Shown piece after piece: positions 13,621 to 26,883 of a DNA stretch of 64,000 bases. The translations under genes were made by a program, and so were the position numbers. This DNA comes from the human T2T-CHM13v2.0 reference genome, Homo sapiens. A model generated the notes under the pieces. The model did not search any database and was not told the origin of the DNA. It saw only the letters and a program-made list of their open reading frames with translations. The number at the start of each line of letters is the position of its first letter. The first letter of the stretch is position 1. The stretch lies in NCBI RefSeq assembly GCF_009914755.1, contig NC_060932.1. One strand, written 5' to 3'.

Positions 13621-14236
13621 ATTTTCTATTGTTACTATCAAGATTTTCTAATTAGCCTTGACTTCCACATAACATTCTTTAATGAATTAAAGCCAAGCCA
13701 TCTGTTGCTGTTGTTGTGTTTTCCACATTTGTGGCCATAACCTGAAGTTAATTGGGGCAGTTGCTTCCCTCCTCTGGCTGAAACACACTAGAACATGCGT
13801 TTAAAAATGCAGTGCAATCTCGTTTCGGGAGAGCACTCTGTGCTCTTGTATCTCACTGCCCACTTCTGTGTCTAAGTCTCATGGAAATAGTATAAGAACA
13901 CAAAAGGGAAAATCAACGTCATCCATGCAGGAAACAGTAAAGGTCGTCAAGTGAGGAACTTTGGGGCACTAACAAAAATATGGTACAAAAGGGGGAGAAT
14001 TGACAAAAGTCATTAATGGAGTGTCTCATTTTTGGAAAGGTAAACGAAATCCCAAATATCAAATTGGGAATGAAGATAAAGAATTTGTGAGTAGGAGAAG
14101 AGAAAGTCAAATTAAAATAATGTGTTACTAATTGTCTTCTTGACATGTCAGCACCTTCTGAGCATGATCATGCGAGGCTGATAGCTGAGGCTGGTTGAGA
14201 GCTGAGATCTAAAGCTAATCGTGCAGGTTGAGAGTG

Positions 14237-14866
14237 GTACCCTGATGGGTTCATTAGGGTGCATCACCTGGAGACGTCCAGGTACCTGGATGGGTTCATT
14301 TGGGTGCATCACCTGGAGACGTCTAGGTACCTGGATGGGTTCATTTGGGTGCATCACCTGGAGACGTCCAGGTACCTGGATGGGTTCATTTGGGTGCATC
14401 ACCTGGAGACGTCCAGGTACCTGGATGGGTTCATTTGGGTGCATCACCTGGAGACGTCCAGGTACCTGGATGGGTTCATTTGGGTGCATCACCTGGAGAC
14501 GTCCAGGTACCTGGATGGGTTCATTTGGGTGCATCACCTGGAGACGTCCAGGTACCTGGATGGGTTCATTTGGGTGCATCACCTGGAGACGTCCAGGTAC
14601 CTGGATGGGTTCATTTGGGTGCATCACCTGGAGACGTCCAGGTACCTATATGGGTTCATTTCGGTGCATCACCTGGAGACGTCCAGGTACCTGGATGGGT
14701 TCATTTGGGTGCATCACCTGGAGACGTCCAGGTACCTCCATGGGTTCATTTGGGTGCATTACCTGGAGACGTCCAGGTACCTGGATGGGTTCATTTGGGT
14801 GCATCACCTGGAGACGTCCAGGTACCTCGATGGGTTCATTAGGCACATCACCTGGAGACGTCTAGG
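14237..14866. repeat. 45-bp minisatellite, about 14 copies, with a palindromic unit
   Basis: Unit ggtacctggatgggttcatttgggtgcatcacctggagacgtcca; the central copies are identical. Confidence 0.98.
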
Positions 14867-15204
14867 CTCATGCAGTGCTTGGGAGGAGCTTTCTGGTGCA
14901 TCTGTGCATTGGTTGGCTCCAAGTTTGAATTACTTCTAATTTGTGAAAGGAGGTTCTGTTTTCTCAGTTGTAAAGGGTGTGTCTAGACAGGGGAGTGTGT
15001 GTTCGCATGTTTGCACACATCTGCAGGGGACTAATAGCTGCGCTTAACCATGTCACATTGGGGTCTTCAGGTCTCACGTGAACTGAGGTCTCAATTACTC
15101 TAGACATTGAGTGGTAACTACAGACAGCTCAGTCAACTTCATACAGGGGCTCTGATATCCAGGAAGGCATGTCCGTACTTCAGGGACTCAGGCTCTGTCC
15201 TAAT

Positions 15205-15488
15205 TGTTTTTTTGTAAGGGGCAGGGTCTCACTCTGTTGCCCAGGCTGGAGTGCAGTGGCTCAATCTTGGCTCACTCTAGCCTTGAACTCCTGGGCTCAG
15301 GAGATCCTCCCTCTTCAACCTCCCACGTATGTGCCACCATGCCTGGCTAATTTTTTTTTTCAATTTTTTTACAGATTGTCTCACTATGTTGCCCAGGCTG
15401 GACTTGAACCTCCTGAGCTCAAGCAATCCTCCCACCTCAGCCCCTCAAAGTGCTGAGATTACAGGCATGAGCTACCACATCCTGCCCT
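15205..15488 (-). mobile_element. AluJ
   Basis: Antisense Alu with J-type diagnostics (cagggtctcactc, aactcctgggctca, ctcactatgttgcccaggctgg). Confidence 0.9.
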
Positions 15489-15805
15489 CAATTGATTTTT
15501 AACCGCCAATAAGTATTTATCTAGTTTTTGCCTTAAACTGCACTATACGATCTCATATTACCTAGCCCTCCCTTTCTCTCTCATAACTGTTCATACATCA
15601 TCCTCTCTTCCCCCACCAAAAATCTCAGATTTTTCTGAATCTGTTATGAAGTGAACAGTAGTAACCTAATCAGGGAATGAGTTCTTTTCTGTCTTAGTTG
15701 GGGGAAAGTAATTTACAAATCAAGGTAAATATGAGGTGTTTAATCCCCACACAGGTACTGTTTCTCATTTACAGTGAGACCTGGCAAGGATGATGTTGCT
15801 GCTTG

Positions 15806-18800
15806 GTTTTTTCTTCAACTTTTACCTTAGGTTTGGGGTGCATGGACAGGTTTGTTACATGGATAAATTGCCTAGCTGGGGTTTGGTGTACAAAAAATTT
15901 CATCACCCAGGTAGTGAGCATAGTACCCGATAGGTGGTTTTTCAACACTCTCCCTCCTGCCACCCTTCACCCTCAAATAGACCCCAGTATCTGTTGCTCC
16001 CCTCTTTGTGCTCATGAATTCTCAGTGTTTAGCTCTCAATTATCAGGGAGAACATGGAGTATTTAGTTTTCTGTCTCTGTGTTAGTTTGCTTAGGATAAT
16101 GGCCTCTAGCTGCCTCCATGTTCCTGCAAAGGATATGATCTTGTTTTTTTATGGCTGCACAGTATTCCATCATGCATATGCACCACATTTTCTGTACCTA
16201 GTTCATCATTGCTGGCCACTATGTTGATTCCATGTCTTTGCTATTGTGAATAGTTCTGTGATGAACACAGGGGAGTGCATGTGTCTTTTGGTAGAATGAT
16301 TTATATTCTATTGGGTATATACCCAGTAATTGGATTACTGGATCAAATGGTAGTTCTAGTTTTAGTTCTTTGAGAAATCTGTAAACTGCTTGGACTGTTT
16401 TCCCATTTGCTTGTTTCATCTCTGATTTCCTTTAGCAGTTTTGTAATTCTCATTGTAGAGACCTTTCACCTCCCTGGTTAGCTGTATTCCTAGGAATTTT
16501 AACCTCCCTGGTTAGCTATATTCCAAGGAATTTTAAATTAGTTCACAGTGGCTGAACTAATTTATATTCCCACCAGTAGTGGGAATATAAATTAAGCGTT
16601 ATCTTTTCTCTGCAACCTTGACAACATCTGCTATTAATAATAGCCATTCTGACTGGTGTGAGAGGGTATCTCATTGTGATTTTGATATGCATTTCTATAA
16701 TGAGTAGTGATGTTTAGGATTTTTAAAATATGCTTGTTGCTTGCATGTATGTCTTCTTTTGAGAAGTGTCCATGTCCTTTGCCCATTTTTTAATGGGGTT
16801 GTTTTTTGCTTGTTGATTTAAGTTCTTTGTTGATGCTAGGTATTAGACCTTTGTCAGAAGGGTAGATTTGCAGATATTTTCTCCCATTCTATAAGTTGTC
16901 TGTTTGCTCTGTTGATAGTTTCTTTTTCTATGCAGAAGCTCTTTAATTAGGTCCCACTTGTCAATTTTTGTTTTTGTAGAAATTGCTTTCAGAGGCATCA
17001 TACAATGTTTGCCAACACTATGTTCAGAATGGTATTTTCTAGGTTCTCTTCCAGATTTTTTATAGTTTTAGGTTTTGCCTTTAAGGCTTTGATCCATCTT
17101 GAGTTAATTATTGTATATGGTAAAAGGAAGTGGCCCAGTTTCAATCTTCTGCATATGGGTAGCCAGCTATTCCAGCACCGTTTATTGAATAGCAAATCCA
17201 TTCTCCAGTTGCTTGTTATTGTCAACTTTGTCAAAGATCAGTTGGTTGTAGGTGTGCCGCTTTATTTGGGGGTTCTCTATCCCGTTCCATTGGTCTATGT
17301 GTCTGGGTTTTGTTGTTGTTGTTGTTGTTGTTTTATTCTGTTTAGTTTTGTTTTTTTACCAGTACCATGTTGTTTTGGTTACTGTAGTTTTATAGTATAG
17401 TTTGAAGTTGAGTAATGTGATGCCTCCACCTTTGCTCTTTTTGCTTTGGACTTTTGTGGCTATTCAGGCTCTTTTTTGTTTTAATATATATTTTAGAATA
17501 GTTCTAATTATATGGAAAATCATGTTGGTAGTTTGATAGGAATAGCATTGAATCTGTAAATTGCTTTGATTAGTATGGCCATTTTACAATATTGATTCTT
17601 CATAACTATGAGCTTGGAATGTTTTTCCATTGACTTGTTTCATCTCTAATATCTTTCAGAATTTTGTAATTCTCATTGTAGAGATCTTTCACCACCTGGT
17701 TAGCTGTATTCCTAGGAATTTTATTCATTTTGTGACTATTGTGAATGGGGTTGTGGTCTGGATTGGGTTCTCAGCTTGGATGTTATTGGTGAATAGAAAT
17801 GCTATTAATTTTTGTACACTGAGTTTATATCCTGAGACTTTACTGAAGTTTATCAGTTTTAGGAGCCTTTGGGCAGAAACTGCGGGGTTTTCTAGGTATA
17901 GAATCATATAGTCTAAAGACAGGTAGTTTGACTTCTTCTCTTTCTATCTGAATGCTTTCTATTTGTTTCTCTTGCCTGACTGCTCTGGCAAGGACTTCCA
18001 GTACTATGTTGAATAGAAGTAGTGTGAGAGGGCATTCTTGTTTTGTTCTGGTTCTCAAGGGAAATGCCTCCAGCTTTTACCCATTCAATATGATGTTGGC
18101 TGTGGTTTTGTCATAGATGGCTCTTATTTTGAGATAAGTTCCTCTGATGACTAGTTTGTGAGGGTTTTTAACATGAAAGGATGTTGAATTCTATCGAAAG
18201 CCTTTTCTGCATCTATTAAGATGATCATGTAGTTTTTATTTTTAGTTATGATTATGTGATGAATCACATTTATTTATGTTTGTTAAACCAAACTTGCATC
18301 CAGGAATCAATATTGCCTGCCTGACCGTGGTGGATTAGCATCTTAATGTGCTGCTGGATTTGATTTGTTAGTATTTTGCTGAGGATTTTTGTGTCTATGT
18401 TTATCAGGATACTTAGCACAAGTTTTCTTTTTTCTTTGTATCTCTGCCAGGTTTTGGTATCAGAATGATGCTGACCTCATAGAATGAGTTAGGGAGAAGT
18501 CCCTCCTCCTTGATTTTTTGGAATAGTTTTGTTGGTTTTGTACCAGCTCTTTCTTTTATGTCTGGTAGAATTTGGCTGTGAATCCGTATGTCCCAGGGCT
18601 TTTTCTTGTTGGTAGCTTATTACAGAATCAATTTTAGAACTCATTATTGGTCTGTTCAGGATTTCAGTTTCTTCCTGGTTCAATCTTGGGAGATGGTATG
18701 CTTCCTGGAATTTATTCTTTTTTTTTCTAGGTTTTTTAGTTTGTGTGCATAGTGGTGTTAGTAATAGTCTCTGGGAGCTTTTTGTATTTCTGTGGAATCA

Positions 18801-21800
18801 ACAGTAATATCCCCTTTGTCATTTCTGATTGTGTTTATTTGGATCTTCTCTCTGTTTAAACTTAATCTAGCTAGTGGTCTATCAGTATTATTTCTTTTTT
18901 CAAAAAAACCAACTTATGGTTTTGTTGATGTTTTGAATGGATTTTTGTGTCTGAATTTTGTTCAGTTCAGTTCTGATTTAGGCAATTTGTTTTCTTCTAC
19001 CTTTGGGTTAGGTTTGCTCTTGGTTTTCTAGTTTCTTTAGGTGTGGTGTTAGCTTATTAATTTGAAATCTTTCTAACTTCTTGATGTAATCATTTAGTGC
19101 TAGAAACTTTCCTCTTAACACTGCTTTACCTGTGACCCAAAGATTGTGGCATGTTGTATATTTGTTTTCATTAGTTTCAAATAATGTTTGGATTTCTACC
19201 TTCATTCTTTACCCAAAAGTAATTCAAGAGGAAGCTGTTTAATTTCCATGATATTGTATGATTTTGAGCAATGTTCTTGGTGTTGATCTCTGTTTTTATT
19301 GTGCTGTGGTCCAAGAGTGTGCTTGGTATGATTTGGGTTTATTTCAATTTGTTGAGAATGGCTGTATGGCCAAGGATGTTATCAATCTTGGAATATGTGC
19401 CGTGTGGAGATGAGACTATATATTCTGTTGTTGTTGGGGAGAGTATTCTGTAGATATCTATTAGGTCTATTTGGTCAAGTGTGAAGTTTAGGTCCCAAAT
19501 ATCTTTGTTAGTTTTCTACCTCAATTATCTGTGTAACACTGTCAGTGAGATGTTAAAATCTCCCACTATTACTGTGTGGTTATCAAAGTCTTTTCATAGG
19601 CCTCTGAGAAATTCTTTTATGAATCTGGGTACTCTAGCATTGGGTGCCTATATATTTAGTTTTGTTAAGCCTTCTTGTTGAATTGAACCTTTTATCATTA
19701 TGTAATGCCTTTTTTGTCCTTTTTGATCATTGTTGGTTTAAAGTCTTTTTTTCTGAAATAAGAATAGCAGCTCTTCCTCTTGTTTGTTTTCCATTTGCTT
19801 GATAGATCTTTCTCCATACATTTACTTTGAGCCTATGGGTGTCTTCACATGTGAGATGAGTCTCTTGAAGACAGCGTACAGTTGAGTCTTGCTTGTTTCT
19901 TCAGCTTTCCACTCTTTGCCTTTTAACTGGGGGTGTTTAGCCTGTTTATATTGAAGGTTAATATTGGTATGTGAAGATTCAATTATGTCATGTTCTTAGC
20001 TGATCGTTATGTATACTCGGTTATATAGTTGTTTTTTAGTGTCAGTGGACTATGTACTTATGTGTGTTTTTGTGGTGGCAGATAAGGGTCTTTCATGTCC
20101 ATGTCTACCAGTCCCTTTAGGACCTCTTCGAAGGCAGGTCTGGTGCTAATGAATTATCTTAGCATTTGTTTGTCTGAAAAGGATTTATTTTTCTCCTTTA
20201 CTTATGAAGCATAGTTTGGCTGCATGTAAAATTCTTGGTTGGAATTTCTTTTCTTTACGGATGCTGAATATAGTTTCTTAATCTCTTCTGGCTTGTAAGA
20301 TGTCTGCTGAAAGGTCCACTGTTAGCCTGATGGGGTTCCCTTGGTACATGACCTGCCTCCTCTCTAGCTGCATTTAGCATTTTTTTTTCATGCTGACTTT
20401 GGAGAACCTGATGACTATGTGTCCTGGGGATTGTCGTCTTGTATATTATCTCTCAGGGGTTCTCTGAATTTCCTGAATTTTCATATCAACCTCTCTGGCA
20501 ATGTTGAGGAAATTTTCATGGACAGCATTCTCAAATATATTTTCCGAGTTGCTTGCTGTCACTCCACCTCTTTCAGCAATGTTAGCGAGTCATAGGTTTG
20601 CTCTCTTTACATTCTCACATATTTCTCAGAGGTTTTCTTCATTTTTAAGTGCTTTTCTTCCTTTATTTTTGTGTGCCTGTATTGAATTGAAGGAGTGGTC
20701 TTTGAGCTCAGAGATTCTTTCCTCAGCTTGGTCTATTCTGTTATTAATGCTTCTAATTGCATTCCGAAATTCCTGTGGTGAATTTTTTATTTCCAGTTCT
20801 GTTTGGTTCTGTCTGAAAATTGTTGTCGTTCAACTGTTGGACCATTTTACTGTTTTCCTTGGATTAGGTTTCAACCTCATTCTGAATCTTGAGCTTCTGT
20901 GCCATCCAGATTCTGAATTCCATGTCTGTTGTTTCAGCCATTTCAATCTGGTGAAGAAACATTGCCGGGGAGCTAGAGCAGTCATTTGGTTGTAAGAAGA
21001 CACACTGGCTTTTAGAGTTACCAGAGTTGTTGTGCTGGTTCTTTCTCATCTGTGTGGGCTGATGTTACTTTAATCTTTGACATCGCTATCTTTTGGATGG
21101 GGCTTTTTGATTTTATATTCTTTGATGCCCTTGCGAGTTTGACTGTGGTATAAGCTGGGCTCAGTCAGTTCACTTTATTTCTGGAAGATTTCAAGGGATA
21201 AAGGCTCAGCTCAGCACCCAGGGGCTGCATGCTCTAACCCTGGGGGGCTAGGACCAGTCCCATGGCTTTGTTCTCTGGCCCCTCAAGTTTAAGTACCTGC
21301 TGTGCTGGAGGGGCCAAGGTGTTCTCAGTCCACTGGTAACGACACTCCAGTGGGGGCTGCTAGCCAAAGTGCTCTTGCAGAGTGATGGTAAGTACGTAAG
21401 TGCACATGCATGTATGTGCTGGCAAGATAGCAGGGGGAGTCTACAGGTAGGTGCATGCTGGCGGGGGAAGGCTGCAGGTGGGTGTACACGGTGGGGGGAG
21501 GCTGCTGGTGGGTGCATGCTGGCAGGGGAAAGCTGTGGGTGGGTGTGCACTGGTGGGGTTTATCTGCAGAAGTGCTCTGATGGTCAGACGGGCTCTGCTG
21601 GTGAGAGGGCTGGGGCTGTGGCCACTGATGAGAGCCTTGGCAGCTGTTGCTGTGCTGCAAGTGGGTGCATCCAGGCGGGGAGCCCAGGAGAGGCCAGCAG
21701 TCAGAGGGGCGTTCAGATCAGACTGGCTGCATCCCAGGAGCCGGCCAGCCGTGCTCTCTCCTGGTCCCACAGCTAACAAAGCCTAAAGCCACCTAGAGGA

Positions 21801-22232
21801 GTGTGGCAAGCCTTGGGGGACGGGTGCCCATGGCTGAGCTCCACTGCAGCCGTTCCCACACCAAATCTTCTGGAGTTCTGTCTGCCAACTCCTTGGGCAC
21901 TTCTCCCTGCCAGCTCAGAGGTCTGTGGGGGTCATTGAGTCTCCCATAGGTGGGATCGGGGAGATCCATGTGAAGAGTGGGCCACTCCATGCCTGTTTCC
22001 CTTAGTCCTCCCCTAGGAGTCACTCAAGGCCAATAACAAGTCCTGGTGCCCAGCAACCCTGTCCAGGGTTCCCACCTTCCTCCCCTTTCAGCCAGGGATC
22101 TGTGTCCTCACTGTCCACTTTGAAAGCCTTTTTTCCAAGGATCTGTTCACAGTGTGCAGGTCTATGCCATGGGCTGGTCTCTGTGAGAAGCGCTTCCCGT
22201 GTGCATGGAGCCAGCCATCTTGGCTCTTCTCC
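15806..22232 (-). mobile_element. Full-length (~6.4 kb) inactive old primate L1 (L1PA13-16/L1PB class)
   Basis: 3' UTR and poly(T) at 15806. Decayed ORF2 includes MILYLENP..., MNQEETEILNRPI and endonuclease-region pieces. The ORF1 N-terminus MRKNQ..NSGNSKSQ lies at 21049-20864. A GC-rich 5' UTR ends in the reverse complement of ggagaagagccAAGATGGctg (YY1 box) at about 22232. Many stops and frameshifts. Confidence 0.93.
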
Positions 22233-23559
22233 GCGGTGCTGCATTTTTTAAAGAGTGACTACTGTTCAGGGTGGGGAGAAGAAGTACTTTGAAACAATTA
22301 GTGGGTGGATGACATTTCTCTTTCTTCTACAAGATGACTAAAAGTTTAAAATATTAAAGAAAAATATCATTGTATAAGAAGGGCTGCTTGAAAGAATGGT
22401 TTGACCAGGGTTGTTGATCTTCACTTTCTCTTTTTTAAAAATATGACATTAAGAATTGTAAGTGCCTTAAACACTAGAGACATACGCACTGATTTGTGTT
22501 CCCACAGCAAGATTTCTGAAAGGGAAGAGCAAGACTTGTCTGCCACTGTGGGCCCCTGCAGCCATTATGGAGGGTTCTGTGATGACTGTTTGGTTTTCCC
22601 TAAGGGAAGTGGGATAATCAACCTGTCGGAATCTCAAGGATAAAAACAATTGAATAGTAGGCAGAGATTTATTAAGCACCCATATGCTCTATATGTGTAT
22701 ATTTATTGAGCATCTATATGTTCTGTTCTCTAGCAAACAATGTGTGAGATGGAGAAAAACAGAAGACATACTCCTTGTTGTTAAAAACAATAAGGATATT
22801 TTCTCAACCTTAATTATTTTACCTTATTAATTTTGACTTCTCATTGTTTCCCCTTGATGTGGATTAATATGAAGGCAGATTCAAGTTAAGCAATGAATCA
22901 AAACGATATTCTTTGAGCGTACGATATGTTTGTGGCATCGTGGCAGACAGAATTTAAACCACATGGATGATTAAGATAGGTTTTCTCCTCTCAAAGGAGC
23001 CATTGTCTAAGAGGAATTGCAAGAAAATGACAGATAATGAAAATATCTCTTATTTTAGCATTTACCTGGCATTCGTGGCACATTTAATGTGGGTCAGGAA
23101 GAGGGAATATCAGGATGAGTAAGGCACAGTTCTCTCATATAAGAGACATAATTGACATGCGTATTTGTAACTACCGTCAAGTAGGAAAAATTTTCACTGT
23201 CATATCCCAAGCACCAAGAACAGAGCCTGCTTGGCAGATAGAAAGCATCTTAAATAATTATTGAATTAATACATATTTATGTACAAGTTCATTTTTAAAG
23301 GTACTTTCACATTCAGGTGTTTATTTCATCTCAAAACTATTGTGTGAAAGAGTAGACCAGAAATTAATAAAATATAGAATACAAAAAATGATAGAAAAAA
23401 ATCAATGAAACTGTAACTTTATTATTTGAAAAACTCAACAAAATTGTTAAGCCTTTTATTAACTCATAAGGAGAAAAAAAGAGATGACTGAAATTACTAA
23501 AATCCAGAATGAAAAGAGAGATTACTACTAACCTTACAAGAATAAAATGAATTATAGTG

Positions 23560-24452
23560 TCTATAATAGTTGAAGAACTGTTAAAATTCAACAACACAAA
23601 AGCCTAATTTTAAAATGAGCAAGGGGACTGGATGGACATTCTCCAAGGAAGATATACAAATGGTCAACAAGCACGTGATAAGATGCTTAAAACTATGAGT
23701 CCCTGGGGAGATGCGAGTCAAAACCGCAGTGAACTGCTCCCCCACATCTGCTAGGATGGCTGTTGGTGACAAAATTAATCGGAAGCAAAGTGACAAGAGT
23801 TAGCAAGGATATGGACAAACTGAAATCCTCATATGTTGCTGTTGGAAATGTAAAGTTATTTAGCCATTGTGGAAAAGAGTTTAAGTTTTCACTATCCACA
23901 AAAACTTAAAATGGAAAAGAATGCCATCCTGCCTGTGTGCCCAAAAGAGCTGGAAATAGGTGCCCAAACCAGTGCGGGAGCGTCCATGCTCACAGCAGTG
24001 CTTGCATGATAGCCGAAGGGGAACCACCTGGATGTCCACAGGGGTGGATGGATAAGCACATGCCATATGTACAGACAACGGAACATTTCTCAGTTATGAA
24101 CACGAGTGAGGGATTGGTAGATGTTACAGCGGAGGAAGGACCTCAGAAACCTTATGCTCAGTGAAAGAAGCCAGACAAAAAATGTCACATATTCTGTGAT
24201 TTCACATCAATGAAATATCCATAACTGGTAAATCCACAGATACAGAACACCGAGGTAATTGCCAGCGGCAGAACAGAGAGGAGAATGGGGAACGGTCACT
24301 TACTAGGGTGGGGTTTCCTTTTGGACTGATGAAAAACGTCTTGAAACTGGACAGAGCTGGTTGAACAACACGTGAATGTATTAAATGCCACTACATGGAT
24401 CCCGTCAAAATGGTTAATTTTATGTTTTTAATTATACCTCAGCTTTAAAAAT
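23560..24452 (+). mobile_element. L1MB-type 3' end
   Basis: ORF2 C-terminus plus a 3' UTR with tatgctcagtgaaagaagccagac and aaaatggttaattttatg. Confidence 0.75.
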
Positions 24453-25002
24453 TAAAATCATATGCAAGTATCATGAACACTTTTAAGCCAATAAATTTGG
24501 TATCTTAGGTGAAATGAACAAATTTCTACTAGGTACATACTACCAAAAATAAGAAGAAATACTGGGGAGCTCTTGGTCCAAGGACAGAACATCTCAGTTA
24601 GACTGAAGGACTAAGTTCAAGACATCTATTGTGTATTGTGGTGAATGCAGTTTATAATATATTGTATAAATCAAAATTGCTAAGGAGTAAATTTTCAGTT
24701 CACACCACAAAAAAGTTTAAGCAGGTTGATTTAGCCATTCCGTAATGTATGCATATATCAAAACATCATGCTGTATGCTGTAAATATATATATAATTTTT
24801 CCTTTTCATTTTTAATATTTTAGAAAGATATTTTTACAAGGTGGTGATTTCATTTCTCATAGGTATATATGCATATATATGGTATATATGGAAGAGGAAT
24901 TGCTGAGTCATATATCTAATAAGGGGGTAATATCCAAAATTTATAAAGAACTTATATAATTAAATAGCAGAAAAATAAATAGCTCAGTTTAAACCATGGG
25001 CA

Positions 25003-25480
25003 TTCTGTTATAAAGATGCATGCGCACGTATGTTCAGTGAAGCACTGTTCACAAGAGCAAAGACACAGAATCAACGCAAATGTCCATCAATGATAGACTG
25101 GATAAAAAAAATGCGGTGCACCATGGAATACTATGCAGCCATGAAAAGGAATGGGACCATGTCCTTTGCAGGCGCATAGATGAAGCTGGAAGCCATTATC
25201 CTCAGCAAACTAACACAGGAAAAGAAAACAAAACACTACATGTTCTCACTTATAAGTGGGAGCTGAACAATGAGAACGTATGGACACAGGAGGGAGGAGA
25301 ACAACACACACAGGGGCCTGTCAGGGGGCAAGGGGGAGGGAGAGCATCAGGATAAATAGCTAATGCATGTGGGGCTTAATACCAAGGTTGATGGGTGCAG
25401 CAAACCACCATGGCACACATTTCCCTATGTAACAAACCTGAATGTCGTGTACATGTATCCTGGAACTGAAAAAATAAATG
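25003..25480 (+). mobile_element. L1PA8-11-type 3' end
   Basis: Typical 3' UTR (gggagagcatcaggataaatagctaatgcatgtggggcttaatacc). atgggca is present on both flanks as a residual TSD. Confidence 0.85.
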
Positions 25481-26341
25481 AAATATGGGCAAAGGACCTG
25501 AGTAGATATTCTCAGAAGATGATATAAAAATGACCAACATGGTTTTGATTTGCATTTCCCTGAGGATTAGTGATGTTGAGCGCTTTTCACACAACTGTTG
25601 AACGTTTGTGTAATCCTCAGTAAACATCAGTAATCCTCAGGGAAATGCAAATCAAAATCACTGAGATACCACCTCATGCCCACCAAATAGCATAGCTATG
25701 AAAAGAGAGAGGAGATAACAAATGTTAGTGCAGAGAAAAGGGAACCCCCACACTTCAGCAGGAAAGTAGATTTGTGCAACAATTATGGAAAACAGTATCG
25801 ACGTTCCTAAGGAAAGTAAAAATAGAATTACCCTATGACCCTGCAACCTGTCTTCTGATTGTACCCAAAGGGAACAAAATCACCACCTCGGAAATATATC
25901 TGCACTCCCTGTTCACCTGTTCATTGCAGCGTATTTCACAATAGCCGAGATACAGAAATGACCTGAGTGTCCTTCAACAAATGAATGGGTAAGGAAACTG
26001 TGAGATATATATATATATATATATAGTATAGATATATATTATCCATTCATTTTTAAGAGTGTTATATATATATTTGTTTTATACACACACACAGAATGGG
26101 ATATTATTCAGCCTTATAAAAATAAGATCCTTATGTAATGCCTTTCTTTTTCTCCTTTTCGATCATTGTTGGTTTAAAGTCTGTTTTTATTTTTTTTTTC
26201 TGAAATAAGAATAGCAACTCTTCCACTTGTTTGTTTTCCATTTGATTGATAGATCTTTCTCCGTACATTTACTTTGAGCCTGTGGCTGTCTTCACATGTG
26301 AGATGAATCTCTTGCAGGCAGCCTACAGTTGAGATTTGCTT

Positions 26342-26455
26342 CTTTTCTTTTCTTTTTTTTTTTTGATGGAGTTCTGCTCTGTCGCCCAGACTGGAGTGCA
26401 GTGGCACAATCCTGGCTCACTGCAAACTCCACCTCCCAGGTTCAAGCAATTCTCA
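26342..26455 (-). mobile_element. Truncated Alu right arm
   Basis: poly(T) followed by gatggagttctgctctgtcgcccagactggagtgcagtggc...ggttcaagcaattctc. Confidence 0.9.
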
Positions 26456-26883
26456 AGCATTGCCATCTGTGACAATGCGGATGGACCTGGAGGCCGTTAT
26501 GCTAAATGAAATAAGGCAGACACAGGAAGAAAAATATTACATGATGTCACTTATATGTGGAATTATATAAAGAGATAAAACTAGTTATCAGGGATGGGGT
26601 AGAGAGAGGAAAAGGAGAAATGTAGGTGAGAGGGTACAAAGGAGCAGATAAGATGAACAAGTCTGGAGATCTATCATACAACAGGAGAATTATAGCTAAT
26701 AAAATTGAACTGTATTTGGAATTATTTATTGCTAAATTAGTACGTCTTAGCTGCTCTTGCTATACACACACAAAATGGGTAACTATGTGAGATGATGGAT
26801 ATGTTATTTTGCTTTACTATAGTAACCGTTTTACTATTTATATGCATGTTATGACATGTTATATACCTTAAATATACACAATA

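Noticed and set aside
14237-14866. CRISPR-like palindromic repeat array
   Set aside because: Units are contiguous with no unique spacers, there are no cas genes and the context is primate. The same applies to all other arrays here.
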